A DNA stretch of 64,000 nt from the human T2T-CHM13v2.0 reference genome, Homo sapiens. Shown here piece after piece: positions 43,771-60,056 of this stretch. The stretch is from the NCBI RefSeq assembly GCF_009914755.1, contig NC_060929.1, one strand, 5' to 3'. A program made the position numbers and the translations under genes. The stretch's first letter is position 1. Each line of letters begins with the position of its first letter. The notes under the pieces were generated by a model, which saw only the letters and a program-made list of their open reading frames with translations, was not told where the DNA came from and made no database searches.

Positions 43771-45114
43771 CCTCTTTTATTCCACTTTTTTCCTTAAAGT
43801 GCTCCTCCACTCTCTTATTTGAATCCACAGTGACTACCACAATTAAGGAGACATAAATATGTTAAAATAACGAAGACAGAAGGGAAAATGTTGAAGAACT
43901 AGTTTTCTAAATGAGCCTCTTGATGGAAAGATACAGATACATCATGATTCTTTTCTGTTTATACTGAAGCCCTTCACTGCTTCAGATTTCAGCAAATTTC
44001 TCAAGAAGAAAAATTATTTTGTCATTCTTAGCCCCATGTGATCACTGAAAACTGCCCGTTTGCTTGTCTTCCAGTTGTGACCCCCAACCTGGGCCTAGTG
44101 CAGATTGCCAGCATCTAGCGTGCATCAAGAATTTGGCAAGTACCTCAGGGGCAGTTTTAGATGCCCAGTTCACCTCTGAAAGCTTCTGCTCTCTCCGGAA
44201 TTTTGATCCCTTTAGTCCTTTGCCTCTTTTTGACTTTTATCCTTTAACCCAGTCTTTCTAGTTGTCCTCTATATGAGCATTGACCTGTTGCAAATCATTG
44301 AATGCTATCCCATTCCCTTGCCTTTAATTATCACTTATTTAACAATAATTTCATATTTAATGTCTTTAGCTTTGACTTTTATTGAACTTTTAAAGATTAA
44401 ACTTTGTTGAATTTGAATTTGTAATATCGTTACATGCTTTGGAAAGCAAAACAATGTAAAGAAGGCACACTGGAGAAATTTGCTTGCTTATACTCCTATC
44501 CTCTGTTTATCTGCAAATAGGTAAATTTATTTCTGTAAGGTTACCTATATCATATTACATACAATATCATATTATATGTAGTATACAATATAATATCATA
44601 TAGATAATAATATGGATAATAAAAACCTGAGAAAAAGCTAAATGAGAAGGAATAGATTGGTTGAATAAGTGATTGCACTTCTGAGCAATGCAATATTATG
44701 CAACTGTAAAAAATAAATAGAGAGGATCTCTATGTTTACATGAAAAAAGATATTAAGAATATATTGTTACATTAAAAATCAAAATAGAGAATGGTGAATA
44801 TAGTATGCTACCTCCTGTGATGAAAGGATAAAATATAGAGATATACATTTATAGTTACTTGTATGTGCATAAAGAAACACTGAAAGTATAAAAAAGACAG
44901 TAACCTTTAGGAGATGGGTAGAAATGGAAATAATTTTGGGAAAAAATATATCAAGTTACAACAGAACCATTTTTCAACAGTCCATCATTGCTGCACTTAT
45001 TTAAGATTACACTTTCATTGCATACTAAATTCCCACATGAGTTGGGGTTTATTTCTATACTTACTATTTGTTTATAAGTCACTACTTTTTTTTAATTATT
45101 GAGACTTAAAAAAA

Positions 45115-46474
<1,360 letters not shown>

Positions 46475-46874
46475 CTAGGCATCAATTATTGTGCTTCTCT
46501 GTTTTAGATTCCCAAGCTTACTCTTGCTTGTTATTTTTCCATAAGAACTTTAGAATCAGGCTATGTAGTTCCACAGTTCTCCTGGTATTTTCATTATCAT
46601 GTTAAAATTATAAATTAACTTAAGGAGAATTGATATACTTGTGGTGTTGGCTTTCCTATTCAATAACACAAGACACATCTTTGCTCTTTGTTCAAGTCAG
46701 ACTGCTTTTGTGTGATATTTGAGTGTGTAGGGGGTGGGTGAGTGGGGTTTGTTGTTCACTTTTATTTTGACAGTATTATAGCCCCACAGGAAATTGTAAA
46801 AATAGTACAAAGCATGCTGTGTATCTTCTCCCAACTTCTTCCAATAGTGACATCTTATATAAATGTAACACAAT

Positions 46875-47127
46875 ATACACCTTCTGGCTGGTGGGTACTC
46901 TGCAGGGTCCTGAGGCAGTACAGGGTATCCCATGTCCAAGGGGCTGAGTGTGTTAGCTCAGGTCTCTCTTTCTCCTCTTACAGAGCCATGAATGCTTCAC
47001 CCTCATGACCTCATCTAATCCTAAGTACTTCCCAAAAGTTCCACCTCTCAAATACAGCAGTCAGATTGCCTACTCTCTTAATATTGTTACAGTGTGGATT
47101 AAGTTGCAACACGAGTTTCAGAGAGGA
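46875..47127. mobile_element. MaLR LTR fragment (MST/MLT1A-like)
   Basis: caccctcatgacctcatctaatcctaagtacttcccaaaag...caacacgagtttcagagagga. Confidence 0.6.
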
Positions 47128-48257
47128 TCTAGTTCTTTTCTTCTGTTCTGTGGCCATGATTGTTTCATTTTTTAAGTTTAAACTCATATGTAGTTACATT
47201 TATATTTTTATCTGATACATGGTAACTTTTTTTGGTGAGTTTTCATTGTCTATAGTAATGTTTGATAATTTTCATTTCATTTGTAGCAGTTACTTGTAAT
47301 TTTGTCCATAGGCAGAATCCTTTCCTTTTCTACTTACTCATTTTTGAATGCAATACATTTTCTTAAACTTGAGGAAGTTTCCAGGGGTGGAGCATTGGCC
47401 AAGCTTTGAACCTATAGGTTATCTCTTCTATTGATATAGTAGACTTAAATATGACTTCTATGTGTAGTAACACTTCCTCTGCCTCTCCAAATATGTCCTA
47501 GTTCAAAAGAGCTTTTACTGCCAGCCCAGGGTTTTTAAAATCTTTTCACATTTCTTGCTTTCAGAGGTTATATGCATTCATTTGCAAAAGGTGTATTTCC
47601 TGGCTTTTTTTGAGGTCGGCCATGTCCGGACCTCCTGGGAAATTTTCAAGCCTCCTTCTCCTTCTTTCCTGAGAGATTCTTCCTCAACTTATCTATGTAA
47701 GTCCTGCTCCCAGAAGGTCCGTATCAAGACCAAACCCTCTCCTTCTGAGCAGAAATATATGTTAGAGATACCTGTGATCTGTCAGTCCTTGGGTCCTCTG
47801 TATATTTTCTGTTCCTTATAACATCTTCTGAACCTACAAGCTGGTTTCCAGTCCTGCTTAAATTTTGGCAACACTTATATGCAATTTCAACTTTGTCATT
47901 TTTTTGTTCTATGTCATAATTGTACTGAAACTATAGTGTGTGTCTGTGTGTGTGTTTTATTCTCTTTATCTCTGTCTTGTTATTGAGAGAAGTGAGATTC
48001 AGAACTAAACTTCTAGAATATTACTATTATCTCTTTCATCTCACTGCTGGAAACATTGAATGTTTCAAAGAACACTAACTAATAAATGTTCAATATTGTA
48101 CTGATCATCTTCAGTCTGAGGTTTCTTTTCTCCTTGTATTTCATATTTTAGTTAATGGAATTATCATTCATTCAGTTCCAAACTGGAAGTCTGGATATAA
48201 TCATAGATTTCTCCATATTTTGTACCAGGCATATCAAATTAATAAATCTTACCCTCT

Positions 48258-48548
48258 TATTTATTTTTTTTCAGAGTCTCACTCTGGCACACAGGCTGGA
48301 GTGCAGTGGCATGGATCTTGGCTCATTGCAGCCTCCGCCCCGAGTTCAAGCGATTCTCCTGCCTCAGCCTTCTGAGTAGCTGGGATTACAGGCCCTCTTC
48401 ACCACACCTGGCTAATTTCTGTATTTTTAGTAGAGACAGGGTTTCACCATGTTGGCCAGGCTGGTCTCGAATTCCTGACCTCAAGTGATCCATCCGCAAC
48501 GGCCTCCCAAAGTGCTGGGATTATAGGAGTGAGCCACCGCGCCTGGCC
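48258..48548 (-). mobile_element. AluSx-like element within an L2 remnant
   Basis: Dimeric Alu with cctgacctcaagtgatcc. Confidence 0.92.
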
Positions 48549-49625
48549 ACCACTACTAAATTCTAAGGGCTTTCCGTTTTCTCCAGGTTTTCCCCTCAGC
48601 TCCATCTTTCACAGTCTTTTCAAAGCATTCTATCTAAAATGCCATCTGATCACTTTCGCTCTTGAGGTTTGCAGTTTTCAGTGGTTCCCAGGTGTGTACA
48701 CAGAATAGCAACATTCATGTTAACATGGCAAAGAAGGTCGTGTTAATGTGAATTGGGCCCTTACCTAGCTCAAATCTCTTTGCCTCATTCATTATCATGC
48801 TATCCTGTCATAGCAGACTTTTTGCCAGGATATTTCATACATTTTTTGGCTTCACTTTCACTGCTCACTTTTCCTGCTAAGGTCTTGTCCCCCGCCTGCT
48901 TGTATCATGAGAAATCATTTATCTTTATAAGTCATTTTATGGAATAGATCTTATAGTACTTCCAAATCAACTCAGATAGAAATTACCATTTTCCTCTCTT
49001 TGTTTCCTGGTCAGCCTATGCAGGCTTTTCACGCCTTAAAGTTTTTTGTTAGCGTCTTGAAAAAAAAAATTGAAAATAACAAAACAATTATTCTGCACTA
49101 TGATACAAATGAATATTAAATGGATTTCATATATTTAGGAAGAACGCATAAATAATAAATGTTGGTTTTGTTTAGAATAATAATAAAAATTATATACTGA
49201 AATTCTAAAAGTTATTATGCTCCTTTGTTGATGACACTCATGCTTTCTCATAGTCAAATTAAGCAATATGGATGTAAATAGTTAATAAATTCCTATGACC
49301 AATTATAATGAGTTAACATTATAATCAAATCTGTTAAAATTAATATTTTTTTCCTATATTTATAATGTTTCTATGTGTGTTAAATTAGGTAAATACATTG
49401 TTTTAAATTAAAGTTAAACAATGTGATATTTACATACTCTATGCAAATAAGTTAGCTAAAAGAGAAATAATTATACACATGAATTGTGTCAATTTAACAA
49501 CTTTTCCTCTGCATTTGCTACCATGAAACACAGAGTAAATTATTTGCTACAATATTCTAAAATCTTTCCAAAATTACTTTTCTTATATATTAAATAAACA
49601 ATAATAATGAGTAATATATACATAC

Positions 49626-49813
49626 CGCGTCATGGCCAAGACGATTGGTACACCAGAAAAACCAGAAAATATAAGTGTAGAAAAGATAAAAGCAATGAAC
49701 AAAGGTAACTTATAGCACTTTGCATCACATTTCCCGGGTCTGGCATCAATAAAATCACCTTCTGCATCTGCAGTTATTAATCCTTCTTTAATGCAAGAAC
49801 AATTGTAGTACAT
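49626..49813 (-). CDS. SLCO6A1: SLCO6A1 internal coding exon (end of Cys-rich loop 5 and TM10)
   Basis: caatactcacag|ATG...ACG CG|gtatgt; 188 nt; MYYNCSCIKEGLITADAEGDFIDARPGKCDAKCYKLPLFIAFIFSTLIFSGFSGVPIVLAMT(R). Confidence 0.95.
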
Positions 49814-50014
49814 CTGTGAGTATTGAAGACAGGAAACAATCTTTCAGAAAAATAGTCATAAACAAAAGTTCTTATCATAAAATAAAAATTAAATCAATAA
49901 CTGCAAGGAGACTCATTAGTTTTATTTCAAAATGTCTTTATATTAAGCCTGCTATGTATTATTTAGAAATGAAACATTAATGATAAATCCAAGGTATTTT
50001 ACATGGCAAAAAAT

Positions 50015-50038
50015 CTGTGTGTGTGTGTGTGTGTGTGT
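50015..50038. repeat. (TG)n microsatellite
   Basis: Directly visible. Confidence 0.95.
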
Positions 50039-50914
50039 AATTATAATTACTTAGGAAAAGCTCTGTTAATTTAAGAAATTTTCCTCAGAATATTTATATT
50101 CAAATTCATAAGAAATTGTTAAATATATAAATTGAGGGAAATTAAAAATAATGTAACAAAAAATGGAATTTTAGCTGAGATTTAAAATATGGATAGTTAC
50201 CCAATTGTGAAAGGCTTTGAAACCATACTAAAAAGACTTTATTTTGTATGTAATAATGACAGGGCTGCTATCCATTTGGGACAACAGACACAATGCCTAG
50301 AATCTGTAACATATTCAGAACCACATAAAATATTTTAATTTTAAAGCATTTTAAAATCAAAGAAAAAAGTGTATAATAATAAATTATATAAAATGAATAT
50401 ATAATGATGAATCCAGCTTGGATTGTATTTTTTCACACCAATGTGGTGTAGATAAAATAATTTCTTTATCATTATTAATTTTTTAGTGAAGAAAAGAGAG
50501 CACGAAGGCAAAAGTGTCTAGAGTCAATGAGATTCATACTGCAGTCCTGAATGGAAAGCCAATGAGAATTTGGAGTTGTGGTTGTAGGGTGGATAATTTA
50601 AGGCAGATGAATTGGTGACATTTTCTAAGGAGAATTAAACAGAGTTTAAAGATGCAGAGACCAGTTCGCAATTTATTAATTTATTGGAAATATTCTAAAC
50701 TAAAAAATAAGAAGAAAAGAACAATACAATAAATTTAGCAGAAATATTGAATTAGATTTTACTAGTGAAAAAATAAGAGAAATTAAACATAACTTGAATC
50801 TGGGTTATTCAGAAAATTATAATTCAGACAAATTTATGTCAGTTTGATAGGTGAAGTTGCTGAGAGGTTAATAAATATGTTAAATAATATAAATACCCAA
50901 ATATCCAAATATCA

Positions 50915-52540
50915 ATTCCTTCATTCCACCAAATATTTTTTTGAGTGCCTATATGCCAATCATCAATCTAGGTTTTGGGAAAACACAGTAAACAATAATA
51001 TAGAAACCACCATTCCATGTAGAAAACTTTCTATTTGGGGAGACAGGACATTTTAAAAAAAAGGAACTTGAGTATTTAATGATAAGTGCTATGGAGAAAA
51101 TAATAAAACAAGGAAAAGTACAGGGAATATTGGGGGGGTTATAGGACAATACTTAACATGATCAGAGAATGTTTTGATGATGAAGTGATATTTGAGCTGA
51201 GATCTGAAAAAGGTAAGTGAGTGGACCACATGGTTATCTAAAAGAATGTTTCAAGTAAAAAAAAAGGAACAGTAATTGAAAAGCCTTGTGGTAGAGCTTG
51301 CTTGAAAAGTTGAAAGAAAAACAAGAACAGAATATGCTGGATCAGAATGAACATGAAGGAGACTAAGAGAAAATAAAATCAGGGTGGTAGGAAAGGAAGG
51401 ATTAAACAGCTATCGGGTGGCAATTGCAAGAGCAATGTAAAGAACTTTGGTTTTTATTTTTAGTGATGTGAAGTCATTGGATGGATATATAAATGATATA
51501 TTTTAAAAGATCATTGTGACTGCTATATTGAGACTTTTGAAATATGTAGGCAAGGGTAAAAGCAGATAAAACAGTTAAAAGTCTATAAAATAAAGTACAA
51601 GACAATAGTGCTTGGGAGGCCAGGGTGGTAATCAGAGAAAATAAAAATGGCCAAATTCAGAGTTTACTTTGAAAATAGGTTTGAAAGGATTTGCTGAAGG
51701 ATTCTAGAGTGAAAATGGTCACCAGAAAGAAAAGGTCATATGGGGAAGGACTTCCTAAGAGAAACTATGACTTTTAGTCAAGGGAGGCAGTCAGTCATTC
51801 ACAGCTCAGGGAAAGAACCAAGAAAATAAACACCATGATTTCACTTGCTTTCCCTGTCTTCCTGATTTCCTATTAGGACTCCTTATCATCTTAACCCAGT
51901 CCAAAGCCAGAGGGCAAAGGAGCTTTCATCCTATATTGAGGAGGGTAGAGAAAGGTAAAAAATGAATCTGGAGGACAGACAAAAGATATTTAGCACAATA
52001 AATAGTTGTAGGCCATACAACCTTTTAGCCATACAAGATGGCTAAAAGGAGAAATAAAAAATACAACGAAGGGTTCATGAACAGATTATGGAATCAGAAG
52101 ACATTGGGCTCTAAAAGGGTTGAAGAACTAAGGAGTCCATGTATTAGAGAAAGTGAGCTGAAAGAAAGGAAGTTGTAGATCAATAGCAGAATAATTGAAA
52201 TTGAGATCATGGAAGGAGTAAAGTTATTGTAAAGGCCTAGGGTATGACCACCGAAGGACATTGCATGAGGTGGGGTGCAAACAAGATTACCAGGAAAGAA
52301 TATGTCAAGGAATTATATGGTTAGAGTATTAGAAAGAGCCTCAAGATGAATTTCAAGATTACTAACCACTGTATTAGAAAGAATGCCAGTGAACCAGGGC
52401 CTAAAATCCTCAAGGAATGGGAGGAAGTATTCTTGAGTCTGAAAATGACTGTAACAAAAAGGATAGTAGAGGTAATGCCTGCTCAAGTAAGTTTCAATGG
52501 AGAATTGGGAAAAAGTAAAGGGAAAATGGTCTAAAAGTAC
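50915..52540 (-). mobile_element. L2 element, interrupted at about 51700-51997 by an LTR33-like fragment
   Basis: ttcattccaccaaatattttttgagtgccta is the reverse complement of the L2 3' end; tgagctgagatctgaa and gaactttggtttttatt follow. Confidence 0.65.
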
Positions 52541-52546
52541 TAATGA

Positions 52547-52880
52547 GTGTCTTAGCTCACTTTGTGTTGCTATAACAGAATGCCACAGACTGAGTAACTT
52601 ATTTCTCATAATTCTGAAGGCTGGCAAGTCTAATATGAAGATGGTGGCATCTAGTGAGGGCCTTTATGCTGCATCATCTCATGGCAGAAGGCAAAATGGT
52701 AAGAGAACAGGAGCACAAGAGAGGGCCAAACTGTTTTTATAGCAACCCACCATGACAATAACAAACCTGCTCCTGCAATAATGACATTAATCTCTTGATG
52801 AGGGCAAAGTCTTCACGGCTGAATCACCACTTAATGATCCCACTTGTTAATACCATCACAATGACATTACATTTCAATGA
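52547..52880 (-). mobile_element. MST-type MaLR solo LTR
   Basis: tgtcttag...gttgctataacagaatgccacagactgagtaactt...taataccatcacaatg...atttcaa. Confidence 0.75.
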
Positions 52881-54284
52881 CTTTTTCCTCATTTAAATTG
52901 GAACACCATGATAAAATTTATAAAATATCAACTTTTGCAAATGGCTTGCAAGCCATTGTTAATTACTATATAATGTTAGTTTCTAAGTTACTAATATAGG
53001 CCCACAGTCCTCTACACATAATTTTCAAGTCCAGAGAACTCTGAAAACCAAAGAATTTTCTTTGTAGCTTATTTGATGAAAAAATATGACCTAGAATAAT
53101 GTAAAGCTATTTAATGTTTTCATTTATCTCTCTAAATGAGAATATCATAAGTGTTGGTATAGAAATATTAATGTTTGATTACAGTTGCTGCTCTGCTGAG
53201 TGTGGAATATGATATACAATGATTATGTACTATATTTCTTTTTAAAATCCAACAACTGAGATATTTGAATGCAAGAATTTTGGATAAAAGCTTGTGAGCC
53301 TTGAACAGGAGTATTTTTCTTACCCAAATGTACTGTCTCAGCTGAGAGGACATGATTAGTCTCTACACAGTTACCAGAGCATAGTAATGGTAATGAAAGT
53401 ACAGTGCTAACTTAAATTTTGTTACTTTTCATTATAAAAATAATTCATGACCACTGAAAATATTTTTAAGATATAGAAAAATGAAAAAAGTAAAAATAGT
53501 CAAGTCCCCAAAGATGGATATTATCTTAAAGTATTTGTTTTTATTTTCTAAGATATCATGTTAAAAGAACAAAGTGCATAAAATATGTATAATATGCTCC
53601 CATTTGTATAGAAAAGACTTTATATGCTTTAACATGTATATTTCTATAATGATGCATAAAAACAGATGGTAAAATTTGTTGCTTCTGAATATGAGCACAA
53701 GGTATCAATGGCCTGTGATAGAAAGGAGACATATTTAACAGTACAGCTTAAACTATTTGAATTATTTACCATGAAAAACTACTACTTTATCCAAAAAAGG
53801 TGTAAATTTAAAGTAACATTTTAATGATTATTCATCTGACAAATATTTATTAAGCATCTGCAAAGAAACAGGCAGTAATCTAGATACTGCAAATAATGGT
53901 GAACCAAAGAGACAAATTTCCTAACAAGTACAGCATATAATCAAGCTTTTTAACTGAATTTTATATTATATATATACTTTTTACCTATTTTTCTACTTAT
54001 TTTTTCTAATTATTTTTCTACTTTTTATTTTTCTTATTTTTTGACTAGTCATCTCTGAAAGGTTTATATTATTCTTTCAAGTACATACATCACCATTTAC
54101 ATAAACTCATTCCTATAACTTGCCAATTTATTCCCTTCTGAGTTTTAAAATATTACTTAGATGTACAATATCTATTTTATTTTCTTGGAATTGAGACTCA
54201 CTATGGAAAATACTGCATCTAAGAACATCAGCATTTTAAAGGTTGTTTGATATGTATTCTCAAATTGCTTAAGAACATATTTTA

Positions 54285-54615
<331 letters not shown>

Positions 54616-55149
54616 TTATAACACCAGAAACATATAAGATTATGTGTTAATTTGAACTATCAACATTTTTTAATTTAACAAATTAAAAAGAGAAAAGGGT
54701 ATCTCTGTGTTGTTTTTATTTATGTTTTAATTTTAGAGTGAAATGTTATTTTCATAAACTTGGTATTACTATAATGGATTTATGTACACAATGTTAGTAT
54801 GAAATGTTAGACTAATAGAGGCATAAAATATCCAAGTTTTGTGGGAGAACACTAGAGAATGTATACCTGTGCTCTATTACCTATAAAGAGGCAACTACTC
54901 AACTGGCATCGCAGAAATTAAACCAAAGAGCAAGGATGAGAAGAGAGAAGTAAGTTCTACATTTGATGAAACAATAAAACAGCCAAAACTTTAATTCAAA
55001 ACATATGAAAAATCGTGCCTAAATTAAAAGAAAATACACATACCTCCATACACTGGAGGTATCTCACAGAATTCTCCAACACAGGAACATGAATTTAAAA
55101 GCCAAAATATTCATTATGTTATTATTTGTTATACAATTTTACAGCATTT

Positions 55150-57025
55150 AAAATAATTAGTGAGAGTCCCTTTTCTGACATAATTTAAGTCCTCCAAGTC
55201 TCATCCCTCCAACTGATTACAAATAAAAACTCTGGCTAAAATATGCAAAAAGTAACTACCTGTAGAAGTTCTAAATGAAAGAAAAGCAGCTGAATTGTGA
55301 AGGAGAAGAGAAAGATATTGGGGCAGAAAAAGGCATTTAAATTAAAAATTGCTGAAAACTACCCAAATTTGGTGAAAATATAAATTTATGGATTCAAGAA
55401 GTTCAGTGAATTCCAAACAGGATAAACTCAAAGAAAACCAAACCAACACACTAATGAAAAGCAAAATTTAAAAAAAAAAGAAATACTGAAAATAGCTAGA
55501 TAAAACAATATATATTATATACAAGTAAATCAATTATTTGAATCACCATACATATATCATCAGAAACCATGGATGCTGGAATACAGAGAAGCATCATATT
55601 TACAGTGTTGAAAGAAAATAATGATCACCCCAGAATTCAATGTCTAGTGAAAATATCCTTCAGGAATGAAGGCAAGACAAAGATATTTTAAGTTGAAAGA
55701 ATACTAAAAGGATGTCACCAGCCTACCTCCTTTACAAGAAATGCCAAAATAAGTTCTTCAAGCTTAAGGTAAATGATGATGCTGAGCGAAACTCACATCT
55801 TCATGAATGATGAATATTAAATTTCTGGGTAAATATAAGACTACATTATTTTCATAAGATATTTTAAGTACAATTTTTTTAAACAAGTCATAATATTATC
55901 TATCACAAATTTGAATATATGTATAGCTATAAGACATGTTACAACTGCAACATAAATGTTACTGGGGAAAAGTAAAGGTACATATATGGTGAGTTTTATA
56001 CCTATATGGTGAGTTTTATATTACACTATGTGCTATAATATTAATTCTAAATAGACTGTGAAATGTTATATAATCTAAGAGCCATTCAATTAAAAATCAA
56101 TTCAAAGAGATAAAACAAAATGTCAAGGTATACTAAAGTGAAATAGCAAAGTGTATTCAATTCCAATAATAAAATAAGCAGCTAGATCTAAACTCAGCCA
56201 TACTGATAACTCTATTAAATGTAAATAATTTTGGAACTCCAATTAAAAGACAGAATAACAGACTGGAGAAAAGGTAAATCCATTACTCTATGCTGGCTAC
56301 AGGAGACAGTCTAAACATAAAGACACAGGAAAACAAAAGGATAGAAATAAAATACACCATAAAAATAGCAAAATAATGCTATAATAATGATTTAATATCA
56401 TGCAAAATACACTTCAAGAAAAAGAATATTATTATCGGAGACAAAAAGGGACATTTTAGAAAGATAAATGAATAGTTCATCAAAAAGATGTGACAATTAT
56501 TAATATGTAGGCATATACACGTTAATACACAACACAAAAATAAAGAGAAATAGACAATTATACAATTATATTAGATCTTTTTCATACACAGTGTTCAGAA
56601 TTTAATACAACATTATAAGCCATACAAAGTGACAAGAAAATTTGGCTTAAAATTAGAGAAAAATAAACAATATAAGTAGATTCATAGGTGAACTAGATAG
56701 CAGAGTTAATAGTAAGAATGTTAAAATAGTTATGATTAATGTGTTCCAGAAAGTACAGGAGACAAATGAATAACATAGCTTAAATTATGTAGAATTTCAC
56801 CAGAGATTTGTATTCTAAAAAAAAACATTAATACTAGAACTAAAAAATACAAGTGAAATTAGAACCTCAGAAAATGGGTTTAACAGCAGAGCAGACACTG
56901 CGGAATAGAGGCTTAGTAACTGGAAGATAGATGAACAGAAACTATCTATACTTAAATAAACAGATGAAAGGGGACAGAAAAGAGAAAAAGTAGCAAAAGA
57001 TTATGGAACAGGAGTAGAAATGACT
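55150..57025 (+). mobile_element. Degenerate L1M ORF1/endonuclease fragments
   Basis: catcagaaaccatggatgctggaa, atatccttcaggaatgaaggc and ctccaattaaaagacaga; boundaries approximate. Confidence 0.65.
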
Positions 57026-57116
57026 ATTTGTAGTCTGCGTTAAGCAGAATTCCAAAACAACACCCAAGAGTCCCTCTATTGTGTATATCCCTACATAATC
57101 CCTAGGACTGTAAGTT

Positions 57117-57609
57117 GATAAGGAAGTAAAAGGCATGACTCAACTCCGTAGATGGGGGCTCAAACATTGGACCAAATTGAGGACTAGCTAAAACAGGGAC
57201 AGGGTGAAGCAGCTTTCCATGACATGTCCACCAGTGTGCCATGTCAGCTTGCCATTGCCATGGCGACAGTAGTAGTTACCACCCCTTTCCATGGCAATGA
57301 CCCAACAACCCAGTTACCCCCTGCCCTTTTCCTAGAAATTTCTGCATAATCTGTCCCTTAATTTGCATGTAATGAAAGTGGATATAAATATACCTGCAGA
57401 CCGGCCTCTGAGCTGTTACTGTGGGCACATTGCCTATTGGGTACTGCTGCACAAGGAGCAATACCTCTCTGCTGCTACTGTATACCAGTGCTTCAATAAA
57501 AGTTGCTGTGTAATACCAACCTTGAATGATGCCCTTGAATTCTTTCCTGGGCAAGGCCAAGAACCTTCCCGGGCTAAGCCCCAATATTGGAGCTCATCTG
57601 CCTGCATCA
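57117..57609 (+). mobile_element. MER41-family solo LTR; 5' boundary approximate
   Basis: ggaccaaattgaggactagctaaaacaggg, ccttaatttgcatgtaa, TATA 57383-57390, AATAAA 57495-57500, ends cctgcatca. Confidence 0.75.
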
Positions 57610-58093
57610 ATCAGTTTTACTCAATTATATTCTATGGCATAGTTTACTTTAAGAAAGAAAGGCTATCTTGGATAAACCTCATCTAATTAGGTGAGCCTTA
57701 AAATGTACCGGGCTCCTCTTGAAATCAGAGATACAAAATATGTAACATAAGGGAGATTCTCTGTTGCTGACACTGAAGACGGAGTGGGTTATATGTGAAA
57801 GAATGTGTGAGGCCTGTGAAAACTAATACTGGCCTCCAACATACAGCTAGCAAAAAAATTAGAGCCTTCTTTTTTTAACCCAAAGGAACCAAATTTGTTC
57901 AATAACCTGAACAAACTTAGAAGTGAACTCTTTCCAAGGCCCTCCAGAAAGGAGCACAACTCAGCTATTACCCTGATTTCAGCCTGTGAGACTTGGAGCA
58001 GAGGACCCAGTCATGCATGGCATGTCTGGATTGCTGACCTTAGAACTGAAAGCTAATAAATGAGTGTTATTCAAAACCACTAAAATTGTGGTA

Positions 58094-58406
58094 CAATAAT
58101 CCCCCCTTATCCATGGGAAATACATTCCAAGATCCCTGAATGTCTGAAATCATGAATAGAACTGAACCCTATATCTACTCCTTTTTTTCCTATACATACA
58201 TACCTATAATAAAGTTTAATTAATAAATTAGTCACAGTAAGAGATTAACAATAACTATTAATAAAATAGAACAATTATAGCAATACTGTAATAAAAGTTA
58301 TGTGAAGATTCTCTCTCTCTCTCTTTCTGTGTCTCCCAAAATACCTTAATATTTTCAGACCACAGTTGATTGCAGGTCATTTAAATTATGGATGCAGGGG
58401 CTACTG
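58094..58406. mobile_element. MER44-like Tigger fossil
   Basis: ta|caataatccccccttatccatgg ... atggatgcagggggctactg|ta TIR-like ends. Confidence 0.75.
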
Positions 58407-60056
58407 TAATTTATTATGTAGCAATAATAAACTAATAGTTCCCAAAAATACAGGAAAGAGAGAGAGAGGTTAAATAGCTAAGAATTTTTCAACCGATAGA
58501 CCTGAATCCACAGACTGAAGATACTCTGTGAAACCCAAGCAAAATAAACATAATCAAAGCCACATCAAAGTAAAACTTCTGATAACCAAAAACAAAGAGA
58601 AAATCCTAAAGCATCCAGAAACAGAAGGCAACATATGATATCTTTTAAATGTTGGTGGTGGGGGGAATGAGGAGTAGCGGGAATCACTGCCAATCTAAAG
58701 TTCCATACCCAGTGAAAACCGTTTTCAAAATGAAGGTGAAATAAGGTTCTTCAGGCAGAAGAAAAATAATCCCATATGAAAGAATGAAAATGCAAGGAAA
58801 AGGGTAAATAAAAGTCAATATTGATTGTACAAAAGCCAAATTATAATAGCATATTTCATTTAAAACATATAAAAATACATATTAAAAATAACACAAAGAT
58901 AGGAGGTCAGTAAATAAAATTAAAATATTCCAATGATATTTAAGCTGAATGAAAACCTGAAGCCTTGCTTCTTATAATCCTTAATCCTTTGGATGTGATT
59001 TACTTTCCTCTTCAGAGATAAATAGAATGAAGTTTCTGTTGAACCTCTGGAAGAATATTCCATATTGCTATTTTATAATGAAAACTATATCAGCGGCTGA
59101 AAGGAATCAGTCTTGGGGAGATCACAAAAAAAGCCCAAGATTTATTTAATATCTATATAAAGAAATTTGAAGATCTTTGGAAGCATGGATAAGAAGAATA
59201 CGTGTGGTTCTCAGTGAGGAAAAGCTGCCCAGGAATATTATCAATATCAACAGCAGATATCTATTTTCAGTTTTAGTACAGCTGTACTTTTCTAGAGAAA
59301 CCTAAAAATCGTTAGAGGTATAGTATTTCCTACTACTCCTCTCACAAACTTTTGCATAAGTTTCATTGAAGAGCATCTAATTCTAGCTTATGTTGGCCCT
59401 GATCATATTTTGAATAGTAACATTTAATCAGAATTTTTTCATACTTGACATATTTTCATTGAGAAAATATTTTTTAAAGGGGATTCCATTAATAGCATAT
59501 AGGTACTTGATCATTTTTTGTATAGTGTATCTTATTTTAATTTTTATTTTGTTAAGATTTTTTTATTGGTATCGATCTTTTCCCATTTGAAATTGATGCT
59601 TATTCTATCCATTAATCGTTTCCATCCATATCACATTTTACTAAAAGCTTCTACTTGGTAGATTTTCTATCAAAGCCATTTTTCCTAGCAAGGCTAATTG
59701 TCCTATTAGGCAATTTCTTTCATATCGATTTTATTCTTTCAGTTTTCATTAAGTATCAAATGTTATCACACAGTTTGAGTGACTATTTTGTGGATTATTT
59801 CTATCACTGTTATTCCTCATGAATTAATTACTCCTTAGAGAAATATAAAGAAAACTATGAAGAGTTTCATGAAATAAATAAAGTCTCTAAAAGAGATTCC
59901 CTAGAAAAAAAGGACGCAGGGGTTACAGCTATATCCTTCATGGCCTGTTCAGCTCTTGAATATTCCAGGGAATCAAAACATCAAGGTCAAACAGTTTTAC
60001 TGTATACTGTGATGACATGGTGAGCATTTAAAAATAAAATGAAGGAGAGGAAGTGG

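Larger units (their letters stand above)
57029..58437 (+). mobile_element. MLT1-type MaLR LTR split by MER41-like and MER44-like insertions
   Basis: tgtagt...cagaattccaa start; ccctgatttcagcctgtgagac...aataaatgagtgttattcaaaaccactaaa...gcaataataaactaata end. Confidence 0.65.
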
